Below, in pieces: positions 12,001-26,009 of a stretch of DNA of 64,000 nucleotides (the stretch's first letter is position 1; every line of letters starts with the position of its first letter). The DNA is from Utricularia gibba (taxonomy: Eukaryota; Plantae; Magnoliophyta). Both the position numbers and the translations under genes were made by a program. Location: contig NEEC01000008.1 of assembly GCA_002189035.1 (NCBI GenBank), positions 1,302,001-1,366,000 of the forward strand, written 5' to 3'. Below the pieces are notes generated by a model, which worked only from the letters and a program-made list of their open reading frames with translations, did no database searches and had not been told where the DNA came from.

Positions 12001-13667
12001 TTTTTGGATCCAATCGGAAATTTTCCCAATTTATATCATTCGTTTTCAAAGCCTTTTCCCACCCGGTAGGGTGTGTTTTTTTTTTTTTTTTTTCTTTTTC
12101 AATGGGTTGCCTACGCATACATAGTCTACGAACACAACTTCTCACGCAGTGCTGAATAAAATAACATAAATGGATAGGTCCATTTGGGAAAACCAATCGT
12201 GTTTCTTAATTATTCCATAAACCCTATTCCGTACTAGGCGATCCACCAACAATCAAGCAAACGAGCCCACCTGAACATGGTGCAAAACACATTTGTTTAG
12301 AGAGCATGAATGTTCAGATCCAGTTTCTGATCTTTTCTAGAATTTACCTGAAGCATGGATTTGGGGGTTTCTGGTTGCTGGTTTGGGTATATGCATACAT
12401 CACATTTTATGAGAACTGCGACAAGTCGACAAGCCATGACGATGGATGATCAAAATCGATGCTAATGACAAGATTAGAGTTTCAAATCAAGATGGGATCA
12501 ACACAAAAAAGATTCCTGCTTTTTTTTTCTAGCATAAAAGTCCTTCTTGTCGTATTTGATAATTAAAAAACAAATTTTATAAAAATGATTACAAAAATTT
12601 TTTTAGTTATTATTTTTTTAAGAAAAAAGGTGCTTTTTAAAATATATTTTAAAAAATCAATTTTCGAGAAACAGGATCAAGTAAAACATAGCATAAGTTA
12701 ATTTGTTTTTCAAAAACTGAAAAAAAAAACACATTGAAACTTAATAAATAAGACGACTGCATTGATAGCCACCTAAATAGTGATAATAATTTTATTTTAA
12801 TTACACTTCAATGCAACCCATTTTTCTGCCAATCCTACACCGGGGGGTCACAATTGGAGTGATTTGGATTGGATTGAAAGCCCTACGAGTCAGTTAAAAA
12901 TAATAATAATAAAAAAATCACCCCCGGATATTACTCTTACAGTTTACCCCATTTTTACGGTTGTCTTTTAACCCCAAGACATTCCCAAGCCATCATCTTT
13001 TTTCGCCCCCCTCGCCCGCTGCAGCAAAAAGAGTAGCAGAAAATTAAATACACTTCTTCTTTTGTAAATGTAATCCTTTTCTTTCCTCACCCACTCATTC
13101 CATCATCATAGTGTTGAAATCGGTGGGCGACGGCCCCCTTCTCTGGCTCTTCTTTTACAACATATGATGTAAAATTCTTACAGACGAACATGTCGATTGT
13201 CTTGTAGGAGCATGGAGGTATTTTTCAATGCTAAAGAAAATAAGTGTTGAAGATACCACCCCAAAATTTCTACTCGCGACTGGGTGCACTGCACTACTCG
13301 CTTCTCAAGCTTTACCGACCAGACCAGTCCCATCTGCACATCTAATTACTATTCTCTCACCACAGAAAAGCTATAGGTACATCTATTTGTATCTACCATC
13401 TTCTGCCCCCACTTCTTCTTTTCCTCTCCAGGCTCTTCTTTGCCTTCTTCATTACAGGTCTTTCTTGATTTGAGTTTTCTTCGGATTCTCGAAAGAAAGA
13501 AAAAAAAAAGGCTTTGAGTGCAGAGGAAGAACAAGATCGATACTTAGTATTATTTTATATATAAAAAATAGAGGAGTGGAGAGTTGTTATGCTTCGTTTG
13601 TCTGTATACTGAGTGTACTGCGGGGTATGATCTGTTTCTTCTATTCTATTCTATTCCATCAGCTGAA

Positions 13668-16056
13668 ATGTCTTCAGAAATGACCACAGAGCGCGTTTGT
13701 TATGTTTACTGCGGCTTCTGCAACACCATTCTCGCGGTATTTTTTACTATTTTTTTAATTGAATTCTTCCTGCCTTTTGAGTGCTGTTGCGTCTGAATTT
13801 TTTCGTGTGTCTACATAAACTGGGATCTTCTCCTTCTCTACTTCTTCCTCCACCTTCGTTGCTGTTCCTTTGTAAATACTGATAAAGAAAAAGGTATGCG
13901 GTGAGGAAATCTATGGCGCTTGTTAATACACATTTATAGAATGCTTGAAAAAACCCTCTTTTTGGAAGTTGTGAATTTTCTGAGGAAATAGATCTATGGT
14001 TTCCGATTTGATATTCATGGAAAAAGAGAGATCCTTGTATTGGTGGGGTGGAAAGATGAAGAACCCTAGTTTTTTTTCATAATTGTAACTGTTAGGGGAC
14101 AAATGGGCAAAATAAAGCCCTAATATTCTCAAAAACGCTTTCCGTAATCAATTGATATCTGATGCAGCTGTGGTCTTCGTATTCAGTACAAGAATGTATG
14201 CCTCCCTTCGCCCAAAATATTGTTGTCTGAAAAAACTGGAACTCAAAAACGCACCTTCCACTTTGTGTTGGTTTGTGGAGAAAAAGCTTTGATCTGTGGG
14301 CACGCACTTACACTGTTTCTTTCTGGTTTCTGCTTCTGTGGGCTATTGAGTTCTGTGCTGTTTCAATAGCCCTAACTGTCAATTCCTTTTTTATCGTTTT
14401 TCACAACACCCAGCTTTTCCCTTCTCCAAGATCCTTCTGCGATGAATGCCTCTGTGTGTTTTACCGTCTGTAAAAAGTAACTTATCATGCAGATAGATAG
14501 ATTAGAATATGATACACCGTTGATTGGTCATTCTTACGATGAATTCTGCTCAAGTCAAGTCATTTTCTTGCTCTCTTTCCTCTCAATTCTCACGCTAAAA
14601 GAAAGAAAAAAAAAGGGAGTGGGAGAATTGATCAGTAGTGCTGTTGTCAGAACAGTAGAAAATAAGAGCCACTCGTGAATAAAGATCTTATCTATGTTGT
14701 AATTTGTTAAAAAAATTTGGGGTTTAGGGTTTTCTTCCCTTTTTTTTAACTTTATCACCAGTTTTCAATGTGGCTTAAGATGCTAATGTTGAGCAGGTTA
14801 GTGTTCCATGGGGAGCATGTTCACAATTGTGACTGTAAGATGTGGGCACTGCGCTAATCTCCTTTCTGTCAACATGGGCGCTTCTCTTCAGCCCCTTCAT
14901 CATCTCCAAGAATTCCAAGTATGTTTTCGCCATGGATCCATCTCTTGACCTTCCATTTTCACACACACTAAAGCAAGATTGTAAGTTGCAGCTTTGATTT
15001 TACCCAAAGCATTCCATCTTCCAAATTCCATGTTTCTCTTCATCTTCTTCCATGTATTAAGTTGCTAACACATGATTTGTCGTATCTCCAAGCTCCTAAA
15101 GCAGCAATCCATGATGGAAGCTGCTGTAAGAGAAGGTGCTTCCTCCTCCAAGTTCAACCGGTTCGGCTCCTTCCACCCGAATCCTCCGAAGATGATGCCG
15201 CCTCCTATCCGTCGTAAGTATCATCACAGTGCGTTTAACTCTTTCTGAATCACACCCTTGTCAAAGGGAAATCAAGTGTAACACAAATGGGGAGCACCAA
15301 CTCATTAATGTTAATCTTGTTGTTTTTATGGCCTGTTTTTGACTGTGACACTGCGGTGGATAACCTCTCAGCTGCGAACACTAGCTGCACAGCTCTAGTA
15401 CCTTCTGTGCTTCCCAATCTCCCTTTATTCACAAGCCTTTAAGACACCCCAACCCCCTCTCCCTCACACAGGCCTTGCCCGAACACCTAGATTCCTAACA
15501 TAGGATTAACCCTGGTTTGTATTGTGTCGCAGCTCCAGAGAAAAGGCAACGTGTTCCCTCGGCGTACAACCGTTTCATAAGGTATGTCGTCACCTGTTTC
15601 TCACGTGCTGATGCAGTTCTAACACGACAGGGATTCCTTATTGCACAGGGAGGAGATTCAGAGGATCAAGGCAAACAATCCAGAGATCAGCCACCGTGAA
15701 GCTTTTAGCACAGCTGCCAAGAACGTAAGTATTTTAAATTATAATAAATAAATAAATGCTCCCCCACTTGTAGCCATTCAGACATGATGATCCATTTATG
15801 GGTAACTTGTCCAGGTTTATTTATGTCGAAATAGTTATCTACATTAAATTGCAATTAATACGATTACGAAATATGATTTTTTTATTATTTAGGAAAAAAG
15901 GACACGATCAATTTTTTAAATAATCTTGAATTGCTTGTATGATTTCACATGCAGTGGGCCCACTTCCCCCATACTCACTTTGGAGATGGCAACAAACAAG
16001 GCAAGGACCACCTCCCAGTTGCAGGAGAACCAACCAGCAACGCCTTTGGTTGCTAG
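13668..16056 (+). CDS. YAB2: YABBY2-like transcription factor; exons 13668-13736, 14797-14918, 15093-15213, 15533-15581, 15649-15724, 15955-16056; -1 frameshift at G-run 14810-14813
   Basis: [16 protein letters not shown] / [14 protein letters not shown] / [16 protein letters not shown] / [25 protein letters not shown] / [17 protein letters not shown]. Canonical 49- and 76-nt exons. The DGNKQGK tail is YAB2-type. Confidence 0.9.
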
Positions 16057-16552
16057 AGAATTCAAAAACCCTATCGAAATCTAATGTTTTTTTTTCTTAA
16101 TTTAAATAAATAAAGCTATGTAGACATTGTATCATTTATCTTCTTCTTCTATATCGAGTTATTATGTAGCTATCAATGGTGGCGTAATAGGGTTTTCGCT
16201 CTAAGAACATTGAATGCTGAAACTGTGTTTTTGGAGGTTGAATGTCAGGCGGGATGGAAGACCCCCATTTGGCGCAATCATCTGATGTTAGAACGTGGAG
16301 TCCGTTCTGAGGCTGCAGTTTCTGGACTAGAACGCGATTACGATTACGATTACAACCCTTCATGGGGTTGTTGAATGAGAGAGGAAGCAGACGAGGAACT
16401 TGAATTCGAAGCTCTTTTGTTTGGTTTTTTTTCAACTGCAAGAATGGTGACACACGAACCCATACATGTGTGTGTGTGAGAGGGAGAGATATGGGAATCA
16501 GTGCCGAAGAGGGGATGAGCAGCAGTCCCCCACATCTTCATTCATTCATTCC

Positions 16553-16692
16553 ATTCTTCTTCTTCTTCTTCTTCTTCTGCTGCTGCTGATGCTGATTTGT
16601 GGACTATGAGATCTTTCTAATTTGGTATTCCAAATTTCAAACTTGGGAGGCAGGAAACCACGAGGTTTGTGTTGTGTTGTGTTGTGTTGTGT
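16553..16692. repeat. Microsatellite cluster: (CTT)n, (CTG)n and (GTGTT)n
   Basis: Visible tandem runs at about 16553-16590 and 16667-16692. Confidence 0.85.
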
Positions 16693-18655
16693 GTATGTGT
16701 CTGGGCGCTGCCACCCACCATGTGTTCCGTAGTAAATGAGATGAATGATTGGGCAATGATATGGTCCTTCCTCGAAACCAGAGTGGGGGTCTCACCACTA
16801 CTAGTAACTGAGCTGAAAGTGAGATGTCACACACTCACACTAATGCCATCTCCTCTTTCCAACCACACACCTTCTAAGATAATTACACACACAAACACCG
16901 CAGAGGTATGCATCCCATATCAGAATCAGGATATACAATTGACTCTCAGGATAGGCATCCAACTAGGCTCACTCACTTACTGATTTCCTTATGTTAGAAT
17001 ACAAAATCCAACATCAGTAAATAAAATTGAATTAATTAAATATATAAGAAATTATAAATTATTAATAATCGATTGTAACTAATCTTTTATAATATAATAC
17101 ATATTTATTATATACTTGAACTTCAAGTATAGTTACACCATACATCTAATTCTAAATTTCAACAATTTACTCCTTTTTATGGTCACACCCTAAATCCATA
17201 CACGCAAACGCGGCCACCCTAGTGGCAGAATAGCCCACCCCCTCAATAGATTTTAGCACAGAGATGGGCAGATGCTCAAGCATTCACATGGCTGCTTGTC
17301 TGCAGCTGCTGAAATTCCTATTATTTTTTGGAATAAAAAACTAGGGCGGCCTGTTGAAGGTGTGGTCCTTGAAAGAATATTTTTGGGTGGCGTAATTAGG
17401 ATTTTCATGCTCATATCAAATTAATAATAATAATAATAGTAGTAGTACTAATAATATGTCCGCATAATTGCCGATAAAAAATATGCATAACTTTTTTAAA
17501 AAAAATTATGTCCACTCAATTATTAGATCTCGGATGTTTTTTTTGGTCAGAAATAAGTGATATGATAAAAGTTTTATTAACAGCATTATTGATCACGTAT
17601 TTATTAAATAAATTAATATAGAATATTGTCAGAATGTTCATATTTACATATTTTTTAAAGAAATATACAAAGTTACATAAAATACTGTCAATATTTTTAT
17701 TATTGACAAAACTGATGATTAGAGGGATAGTATTATTTTTTTATATCATATGATTCGTTAAATCCATCTAAAACATTGGTTTGCATTTCATAATGAATAA
17801 TATCTTGATAATTAATCCATAACTTTTATATATTAATTATCACCAAATTAACGATTAATATATCTTATTTAACATAAATTGATCTTTGATGTGAGGAAGG
17901 ACTTTTACGCCAGTCCATTGATGGGGCAATTCGTCTGACTGGCTCGAATCGTGAGGCAATCTTAAAGTCATTGGGCCACGTTATAGAAATGTATTTGGGC
18001 CTTTAGATCCTAGACTATTGGGCTGCGCCAATTATTTTTCTTTTTACTTTATCTTGTTCTATTTAAGTATTTTAGAATTTTCTTTAATGTAAATATATTT
18101 CAAATGAACTATAAAAAATTAGTATTCTCAATTCTATTGATTTTTAAATTAGTTTAAATAACTTACAATGAAAGTGCATAAATAAACATAATAGTTCATT
18201 TAGGGTTCATAGAAGAGAATATACGGATTTATTTTTATTTGGAATACAAAAATCCTTGGTCAAATTATAAAAAAAATCCAATTCTTCTTTAAGGTTACTT
18301 TTATCCTTTGTTGCATGATTTCAATGAACTTTTTTTTTATTCACATATAATTTAATCAACCAATCAAATATATATATATATATATAATATTTAATTTCTT
18401 TACCAAAACCCTCCATATCAATCCAGAAAAACAGGTTCTTAGTGGATATTGTTATTGTTTTGACGGCATGCGGTGTATCAAATGCCTATCCCATGTCGAG
18501 AGATTCTGGATGTAATGAGACGCGGGCTCACAGCTTCCATACGAACGCTGCATCCAATTCCATCTTATCCCCATCTCTTTGGTTCCATTTCTTCCACAGC
18601 CATATCTTACGTCTGAAAAGACAATGCGACCGGCGTTGTAATAATAAACTTTGTG

Positions 18656-19578
18656 ACACGTGGAGTGTGATAACTTGGGTTGAACTATGAGATCCTCACA
18701 ACTAAACAAGTTGTCCGCAAGTACAAATCTTGCAATGGATAAGACTAGCAATTTAAAATGATTTTAAATTTCATTTAATTTTTTAAAATAAAAAGGGAGG
18801 GTGGGGTATGGAAGAACCAATGAGTTTAGGGTCTAGTATCAATAAGGTTCAAAAAAGCTCTTACAAGGAGGACTATGGTAATGAATCAAACTAGAAAGTG
18901 TCATTTATAACTGTGGTTGAGTTAGATCCTTCCAACATTCCATATATCGTGCTTGTAAAAAGCTTTAAAATGATATGTTGTGCATATTATATACCATGTC
19001 ATAATTAGTCGTTAAAATCACTACAATTTTGGTAATTAAAGAATGTGAACTCTTTCTTTTTACTGCTTGTGAATTTATGTATGTTTTTCTTTTAGATAAG
19101 TTAGAGAATCTAAGACGAATGAGGTTAGTGTGTTGATTGTAATGGAATATGTGTGCCATTCTGATTTAGAATAAGGGTGTGTTTAGTCGATTGGATTATG
19201 AGAGTTTAATAGGAGTATATGCTTGTTTAATGGGATTATAAGAACTTGACATACGGGTTGTAAATTACATCACGTTCGATTCCTATGTTTAAATAAATCT
19301 AAATCTGAATAAATTAAATCTTTAATATGTTAATATGTTAAACCAAGCATACGTAAGTGTAATGGGTTGATCTTGGAATCCTGAAATCGCCCAAGTGGAA
19401 TTTAAGATAAACGGAATAAACGATAATATCCTTGAGAATATATTGAATTGGTATCCATTTCAAGGGAGACCATGTGTTGTTACACGTGGCAGAAAACGGT
19501 AGAAGCTGAACTGTCCTACGTTCGTATTAGTAGACGCTGACGATGAGGAGACGCGTTCAACCCAAACGTTGACACGTG
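18656..19578 (+). promoter_or_regulatory. Three ACACGTGG G-box/ABRE cores in the upstream region of the FAF-like gene
   Basis: CACGTG at 18657-18662, 19483-19488 (ACACGTGGC) and 19573-19578, all in ACACGTGG context. Confidence 0.5.
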
Positions 19579-21999
19579 GAGCAACCTCAGGTATTGAGTG
19601 GCGTGGCTGTGATTCGGACGAAAGGTAATTGGTGTCCTTGGTACGTATGCAGATTCCGACAAGTGGGTAAAATAAAGTAGTGATCCTGGTACTTGATATA
19701 ATTAAGGTAATTAAAAATAATAATCAATATACCTTTTAAACATAGTTATATATACTATATTCATTTTGATAGGCCTATTTTTTTAATATACATGTGATTT
19801 ATAAAACATTTGTATAACATATCACTACTCCCTCTTGGTTGCTCCTCATGTAAGATTATTATCTAATTTATGTACGAGCAGTGGTGGAACATAATCCAGA
19901 AGAGAGGGTGGCCAATATGTTAATTTTCTCTTAATTATTTTTTTAAAAAATATATTAGTCATTAAAAAATTAAATTTCACATTCATGCATGGTGTCCAGT
20001 ACTTTCACATGCAAAATGAGACGGAGAAAGCTACCACCAGCGGGCACTAAACCTCGTCGCTCTTTTCTTATCCCCTATGCTCCACACAAGCCAAAAGTTC
20101 GACTTCAATACTATATAAGGATGTTTGATAATTGGGTATAGAAGTTTTATACTCAAGTTTACAAATATACCATTATTTGATTAACTATTATATGTATATT
20201 AATCTTATATGATCATATCATTTACATGTCCATTTTTTTAAACATATGAGTGATATACATAAATTGAGGAGATAATATTCATACTACTCACATACCCATA
20301 ATTTTATTTTCATATATCAAACGTTATATATAATTAAATATATACATACCTAATTATACTATACTTGAATATACTTATACCTTACTATTAAACAATATCT
20401 TGCATTGTTAAGAACATGTTCTAAAGTGTGTTCGGGGTAACATGCTTGAATTTATCAGTGAGAATCATGAGAAATTGGATGCCCGGATTTCGAATCCTCA
20501 ACGCAATTCGATCTCCTCCGATCCAAACTTGAACTTGCGAGGATGGGAGGGATATGGCAAGTTTCAAAGACCGTGTGATTGGGGTTGTCGGGTGTGGTTG
20601 ATATGTTGTGTCATTAGGTAAAGCAGAATAAAAGCATCAACGGGGAAAGGAGTGGAGTGGTATGGGTTTGGAGGGGGACAAGGAGCACCACACCATGGAG
20701 GCACAATCTCCACCCGTTCAATCCGAATATTACTTTCATTAATCGTCTTTCTTGTTGCTTTCCATTAGAATAACCCCAACAATAGTGGGTTACATTGTGA
20801 CATGCACTACTTGCCCCCTTTTGCTATACCGTTCCACCACCATATTGGAGGGTATGGTATGATATAATCGATTCTTATAATTTATAGTATGATCAAAAAA
20901 ATCATCTTTCATAAACAAAATTTTTTTTATAGTTTGTATGTGCTTGCGAGAAGGTTAAACACGATAATTTATCAAACCAAAGTGTTAACGAAACTGGTTG
21001 CAAAACTAACATGGAGTGCAATTGAGAGCCCCTTAATCCATAAGTCATATAGACAATGAAATTAATATAATAATTGCATATATTTTATTGTGAGAGGAAG
21101 AAAATGGGTTCCTATGTAGTACATTATTTCACCATCATGACCTTTATGGTGCCAGCTTGACTCCTTTGCCTAAACAAAAAGCTAAATGGTGGTGGTGGTC
21201 CAAAATCCTTTATTATATAGTAAGCTCATGAAATTATTTTTTAAAAATTATATTGAACTAATTACTAATGATGTTGATTGTTATTAATCAAGTTTATGTG
21301 GCCATGTTCATGTCTCAATTTGTAATCATAAATAAATTCGAGGACGAATTTTATCATACACATGAAATTGCGAAAGTATGGCTTAAGAAATTAGTCAAGT
21401 AATGAGAAATTTATACAAGTTCATGAGACAAGCTTGAGGGCCTACCCATTAGAAGTGTTGAATTAAGTAAAATATTTATGTATCTTTTTTTCAAAATAAA
21501 AACTATGAATTAAAATAATTAGATATTCAAAATAGATAATATTATATAAGTAAAATAAAAATCATAAAAACTTCACGTATCTTTTATATTTTATAAATCA
21601 AAAAATATGTCTACCAAATAGATTTAGCTTATGTTTTGAGGAACAAACAAAACTAACAAAGACGACGTTAGTGATAATGACGATGTGGTAAGCGTCACCA
21701 CTGGCTTCTTACTTAGCGTTTGTAAGAATAAGAGGAGGAAAAAGAAAGTTTGGAGATAATGGAATCACTGTCAGAAATTCGAAAAAATATACCGTAAAGA
21801 ATGTGAGAGTTGAAGGCGAAAAGGTTTGGTTCCATAGTGGCGTAAGCAGCGGTGTCCCCTTCTCTGCCTCCATAAATACTCCTCCGACTTACAATTTGGA
21901 GGCAACAAGCAGAGCACGAATCCCTCTTCTTCTGCTACCTTTCCCAAGTTTGCTGAGTTGAAAGTTTGGAGATCTTGATTTAGTTGTAGAGAAGCAGAG

Positions 22000-23234
22000 A
22001 TGTCAGCGGTGAAAGCCCTGATCTCTTTTCCTCCTTTGGAGGAGACGGAGATGAAGGAAAAGCAAGGATAGTTGCTATTCTGGGAGAAGAGAAGAGAAGA
22101 AATGGAGCTTCAATCAGAAGAACTCTGTCTGCTGATATGTCGTCCAAGAGTTGGCTTCAGGGGAATGGATTTTTTTCCCTGGTGAAAAGGAATCCAAACT
22201 CATATGCATCTGATTCTTCTTCATCTTCTGAAAGTGAGGAAGAATGGGAGAGAAGCCCATCTGTGGAAGATGTGTGGAAGAATATTGTTCGGGTGGGAAA
22301 GCCAGACAAAACAGAGAACTGTAGCTCTATGGTTCTGATCAAACAGAAGAGTGAGAGCTCTGTGCTTCCTCCGCCGTATGCTCATCCAATGGTTAGAAGG
22401 TCAGCGATGTACATGAGTGAGAAGAGTCTCCAAATGTGCACCGAGCCGCTAGGATCCGAAACCGGCGCCGACTGTTGCTTATCCTGCTACTCGTGTTCAC
22501 GAGTTTTCAACGGAGATGGAAGTGATAGGGAACGGGTCGCCGGAGGAAAACAGCGTTCACATTTTGTTAACAAGAAATCCCCTGTTCCGCCGCCGCTGAC
22601 CTCTGCTGCCGGCGCAGATGGGACTACTCTGTGCATCCAATCTCGACGGGAAAATGGCCGATTGGTGATGGAGGCTGTGTCACAAGCTCCCAGAAACCGT
22701 TTTATAACACAGCGTCGGGATGGGCGGTTGGTTCTCACCCTGGCACGTCCTGTTCCGACGGCTTCGGCGGTAGAAGAGGATGACTACCAAAGAGATGATG
22801 GCTCTGTGGAGGAGAAAAAAGGTGCAACTTTTGTGGTGAGCGGGAATCTCAACACACTACCAAGTGGGATTCACAAGTTGGTTGTCAAAAGGCTGGTGAC
22901 CATTGGAAACGAGAATCCCAAGTTGGTGACGGAAGCAGACCACAAGAATCTGCCATCCCCGACCCGCATGGCGCCGCTGCTGATCCCTCAGCCGCCGTCG
23001 AGGTCGCCTTCCTTCAATGCCTACGAGTACTTCTGGAGGAGCAAAAGCGCCGCCCCAACAACTCTCAAACGATCCTTCAACAACATCAGCGCCGGAAAAT
23101 GGAACCAGAATCGGGAATCCGTGGCGAATAAAGGAAATAGGGAAGACTGTTTTCTGCCATATATGAAGAAGGGGTGCAGGGAGACAAGAACAACAATACT
23201 CTTCTGGGAATCAGATTGCATACCAACTTGGTGA
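22000..23234 (+). CDS. FANTASTIC FOUR-like protein (FAF domain; EAR1/At5g22090-like), single exon; -1 frameshift at 22066-22067
   Basis: SEKSLQMCTEPLGSETG and PPPLTS..RRENGRLVMEAV..RRDGRLVLTL (FAF domain). Adding one G at 22066 joins ATG 22000 (…EKQGIVAILG…IRRTLSAD) to MSSKSWLQ, giving the typical FAF-like N-terminus. Confidence 0.85.
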
Positions 23235-26009
23235 AGGAATTGGCCCATGGATCCCCATTTGCAGTCTTCTGGTGTAATAATTCAGAAATAACATGAGTGT
23301 AGGGCATAAACCAAAAATTCTTGTTACAAAAATAGAATAAGCGGATCGTAACTTTTTTTTTTTAAATGCCGAATGGCGTGCAATCACCTATATTCGCTAT
23401 AGTGGGCTTTGAGTATTGGGCGCGGCCCACTCTGAACAATTCATGGATTCTGGTTGTTCCTGGGCCGTGTATTTCGTGCCGGGCCGGCTCAAGCCTACTT
23501 TTACATCTTGCAAACTTTTGCAAGAAAACGAATAAGTTACTAAATATCAACCATTCGAAATTTAAAAACATTGGGAATTAATTGTTTCATATTATTAAAA
23601 ATACTATAAGAGTAAAATCATAGGGATCATTTTTATAAATTTGATAAATATTAGAGATCATGAAGTACCCAATTTTCAAATTTTGAATATATTAAATTAA
23701 GTTCATCGTTTAATTTTGTCTTTGTTGATTATTTTTATGACTCCGTTTACAAAATGGTAACAATTTTGTATTTGATTTCTAATTATATCATTCTTTTGAA
23801 AATCAACTTTATGTAATTAATATTCGTACTACATACTTAAAATGTTTTATACTTTATTTTCTTTTAAAATTTATTGTAAAACAACATGCATCAATTTTTA
23901 GTATCATTACTAGGAAGATTATTATTCTTGCGTTTGATGTTTTGTGTATTATTATTTTTTTCTTCTTTTTTTCTTGACTTTCTTTTTCTTGTTTCTTTTT
24001 TTATGGAACCCAATCCATCAAAGTTTTGTCCGAGTCTAAGATCTTATCGAGAAGTTTTGATCCTGTGGACCAAGATATCCAGAAACCTTTCTTGTCAAAA
24101 AGTGGAAGCAACATATTTTATTTACTAATATATTGGGAGAAGTTTGGGCTGAACCTTGACTCGCATTTGAAAAAAAAAAATTTAAATTGAATTTTGCATT
24201 TTATTCAAAACCCTTGTTCCATCCTTGTACCGCCCCCTTAGAAGATGCTCCAAGCTTGGCCGCGGGTGCTGTAGGTCACTAGTTTTGCAAAAGGGTGTGT
24301 ACTGTGTAGGGTATGATTTGGTCCCTTGGCATGCTGTGTGTGATGCATGGCCTACCACCTCTCGGACCCCAACGCAAACACGACCATGTACTTGTGCTTG
24401 CCACATCAAAAATATTTACCTTCCCAGTTTTACAAGGTGGTTAAACAGAGATCTTTTTTTTTCTACCAGGGAGGGTGAAATGGGGCTTTTAAGAATGTGT
24501 TACATGTAAAACAAGAAGGGGCATCAGATTCTCATACTGGTTCAGTGTGAAAGGTGGTTTCTGAATGTCAATGGTGTTGATCGCAGTGTCCAGTTGTCGT
24601 CGCAGAAGACTCCAAGGATTCATGATTGAACTGGAAGCGTCCACAGGGATTCATGTTGAAGATCTCTTCTTTCTGTGTTTACTGTGCAATCTGAATTACA
24701 CCGCTTGCTCAGCTGTGTTTTCTTCTCCCAAGTTACGAGTTTTGAGTGTACTTTGTGTTGAATTGTGATGTGGGATAGTGATTTTGGACACAGAATGGGC
24801 ATCCCATACCCACATACCTGCACTGTTCCTGTGTTTGTGAGATTCAACATGGCAATCTCAGGTCTGTTTGTTTCAGGGAACACAACGGGACAAGTCAATA
24901 TTCTCAAGCTCTCTGGGGATCCACGGCTTGGATGTTTGCGGTGAGAGACAAGGCGCTATGTCTTTCGGTCGTATCTTTTGCTTTTTGCAATATTTGTTTG
25001 GTGTCCCACATTCTTTAATTAATGCTAATCATTAAATCCACTTACACATTTTAAACACTCCATGATTGTTTCTCACGAAATCACCCACAAACTTTTTCAC
25101 TTGCCTCTGGTAAAAGTAAAGGAGAGTTACCCTCATCCTTGTTCCAGTCCCCGGTTTTACCCTTAACTGAGTTGAGGACCCTAGAACTTGAACATCTTCT
25201 GCTGTCACCTACTTGAGAGGGGTGGATGTTGACTTTCAGAAAGGCAGTTCAACATCTTTCATTTAAAATAGACATATTCTCGACCAAACTTGTACGTGTA
25301 CATGAACTAGAACAGCCATATGACAGAAGTCAAAGCCTTCTTTTAAGTTTAGCATCCATAGAAACCTATGTGTAGTGTTGTTTAATAGTGTGAAGTGTTC
25401 ATTTGTGAATGCATTCAATACCAGATGTTCATTTAAATACAAAGAAAACCCAGAATAGCTTTTTGGCAGCTCCAAGCGCTGCTGTGCGCGGCTACTATTT
25501 TTCTGAAATTAGTTGGAAAGGACTACCGGAACAAAGCCGACAAGATGGTCGACCCCCACCATCAGAGGCACGCTTTGTAATTTAAGAGCCTTTTTTTCCA
25601 CTACTCATTCTTTCATTGGTTAATCATCGTCACCAGTGGGAGAGCGTTTCTAGCGAAGTGCTCCGTTTCATCTCCCCTCTCAGCTGTAACGAAACAGGGG
25701 TATTCAAAGAATCATTCTTCCACCATTTCTACCAACTCCAACACATTTATATTTGGTAACACATTTTCACCAGTGTTTTCTCCTAGAAGCCGCGTAAAGT
25801 TCCTGTCTTTGGTCCTGCCCTCGAGCCTTTATTTGTGGGGTGAATTGATTCTGTAATTAGAATGGAAAAAGGTCTTCTTCTGGTTAGCTGTGAGCTTAAA
25901 GCGTGTGGGATAGTGTAAAACTGTGAGTGAGCTTTATCCACTTGAGCCAGGATTTGAATTCTTCGTTGCCGGTTCTCTTCATTTCTCTTTCTTTTTTTCT
26001 CATCTGTCA

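Noticed and set aside
14942-14952. TCTTGACCTT, similar to tasiR-ARF
   Set aside because: A 10-nt match inside a YAB2 intron with no miR390 sites.
20480-20505. TTCGAATCC resembling a tRNA T-loop
   Set aside because: No valid T-stem, D-arm or acceptor stem.
24180-24910. Several 67-95 aa ORFs between the FAF-like gene and LHW; I searched here for a CLE/CLV3 motif
   Set aside because: No CLE, CEP, DVL or IDA motif found in the frames I read, and no other homology.
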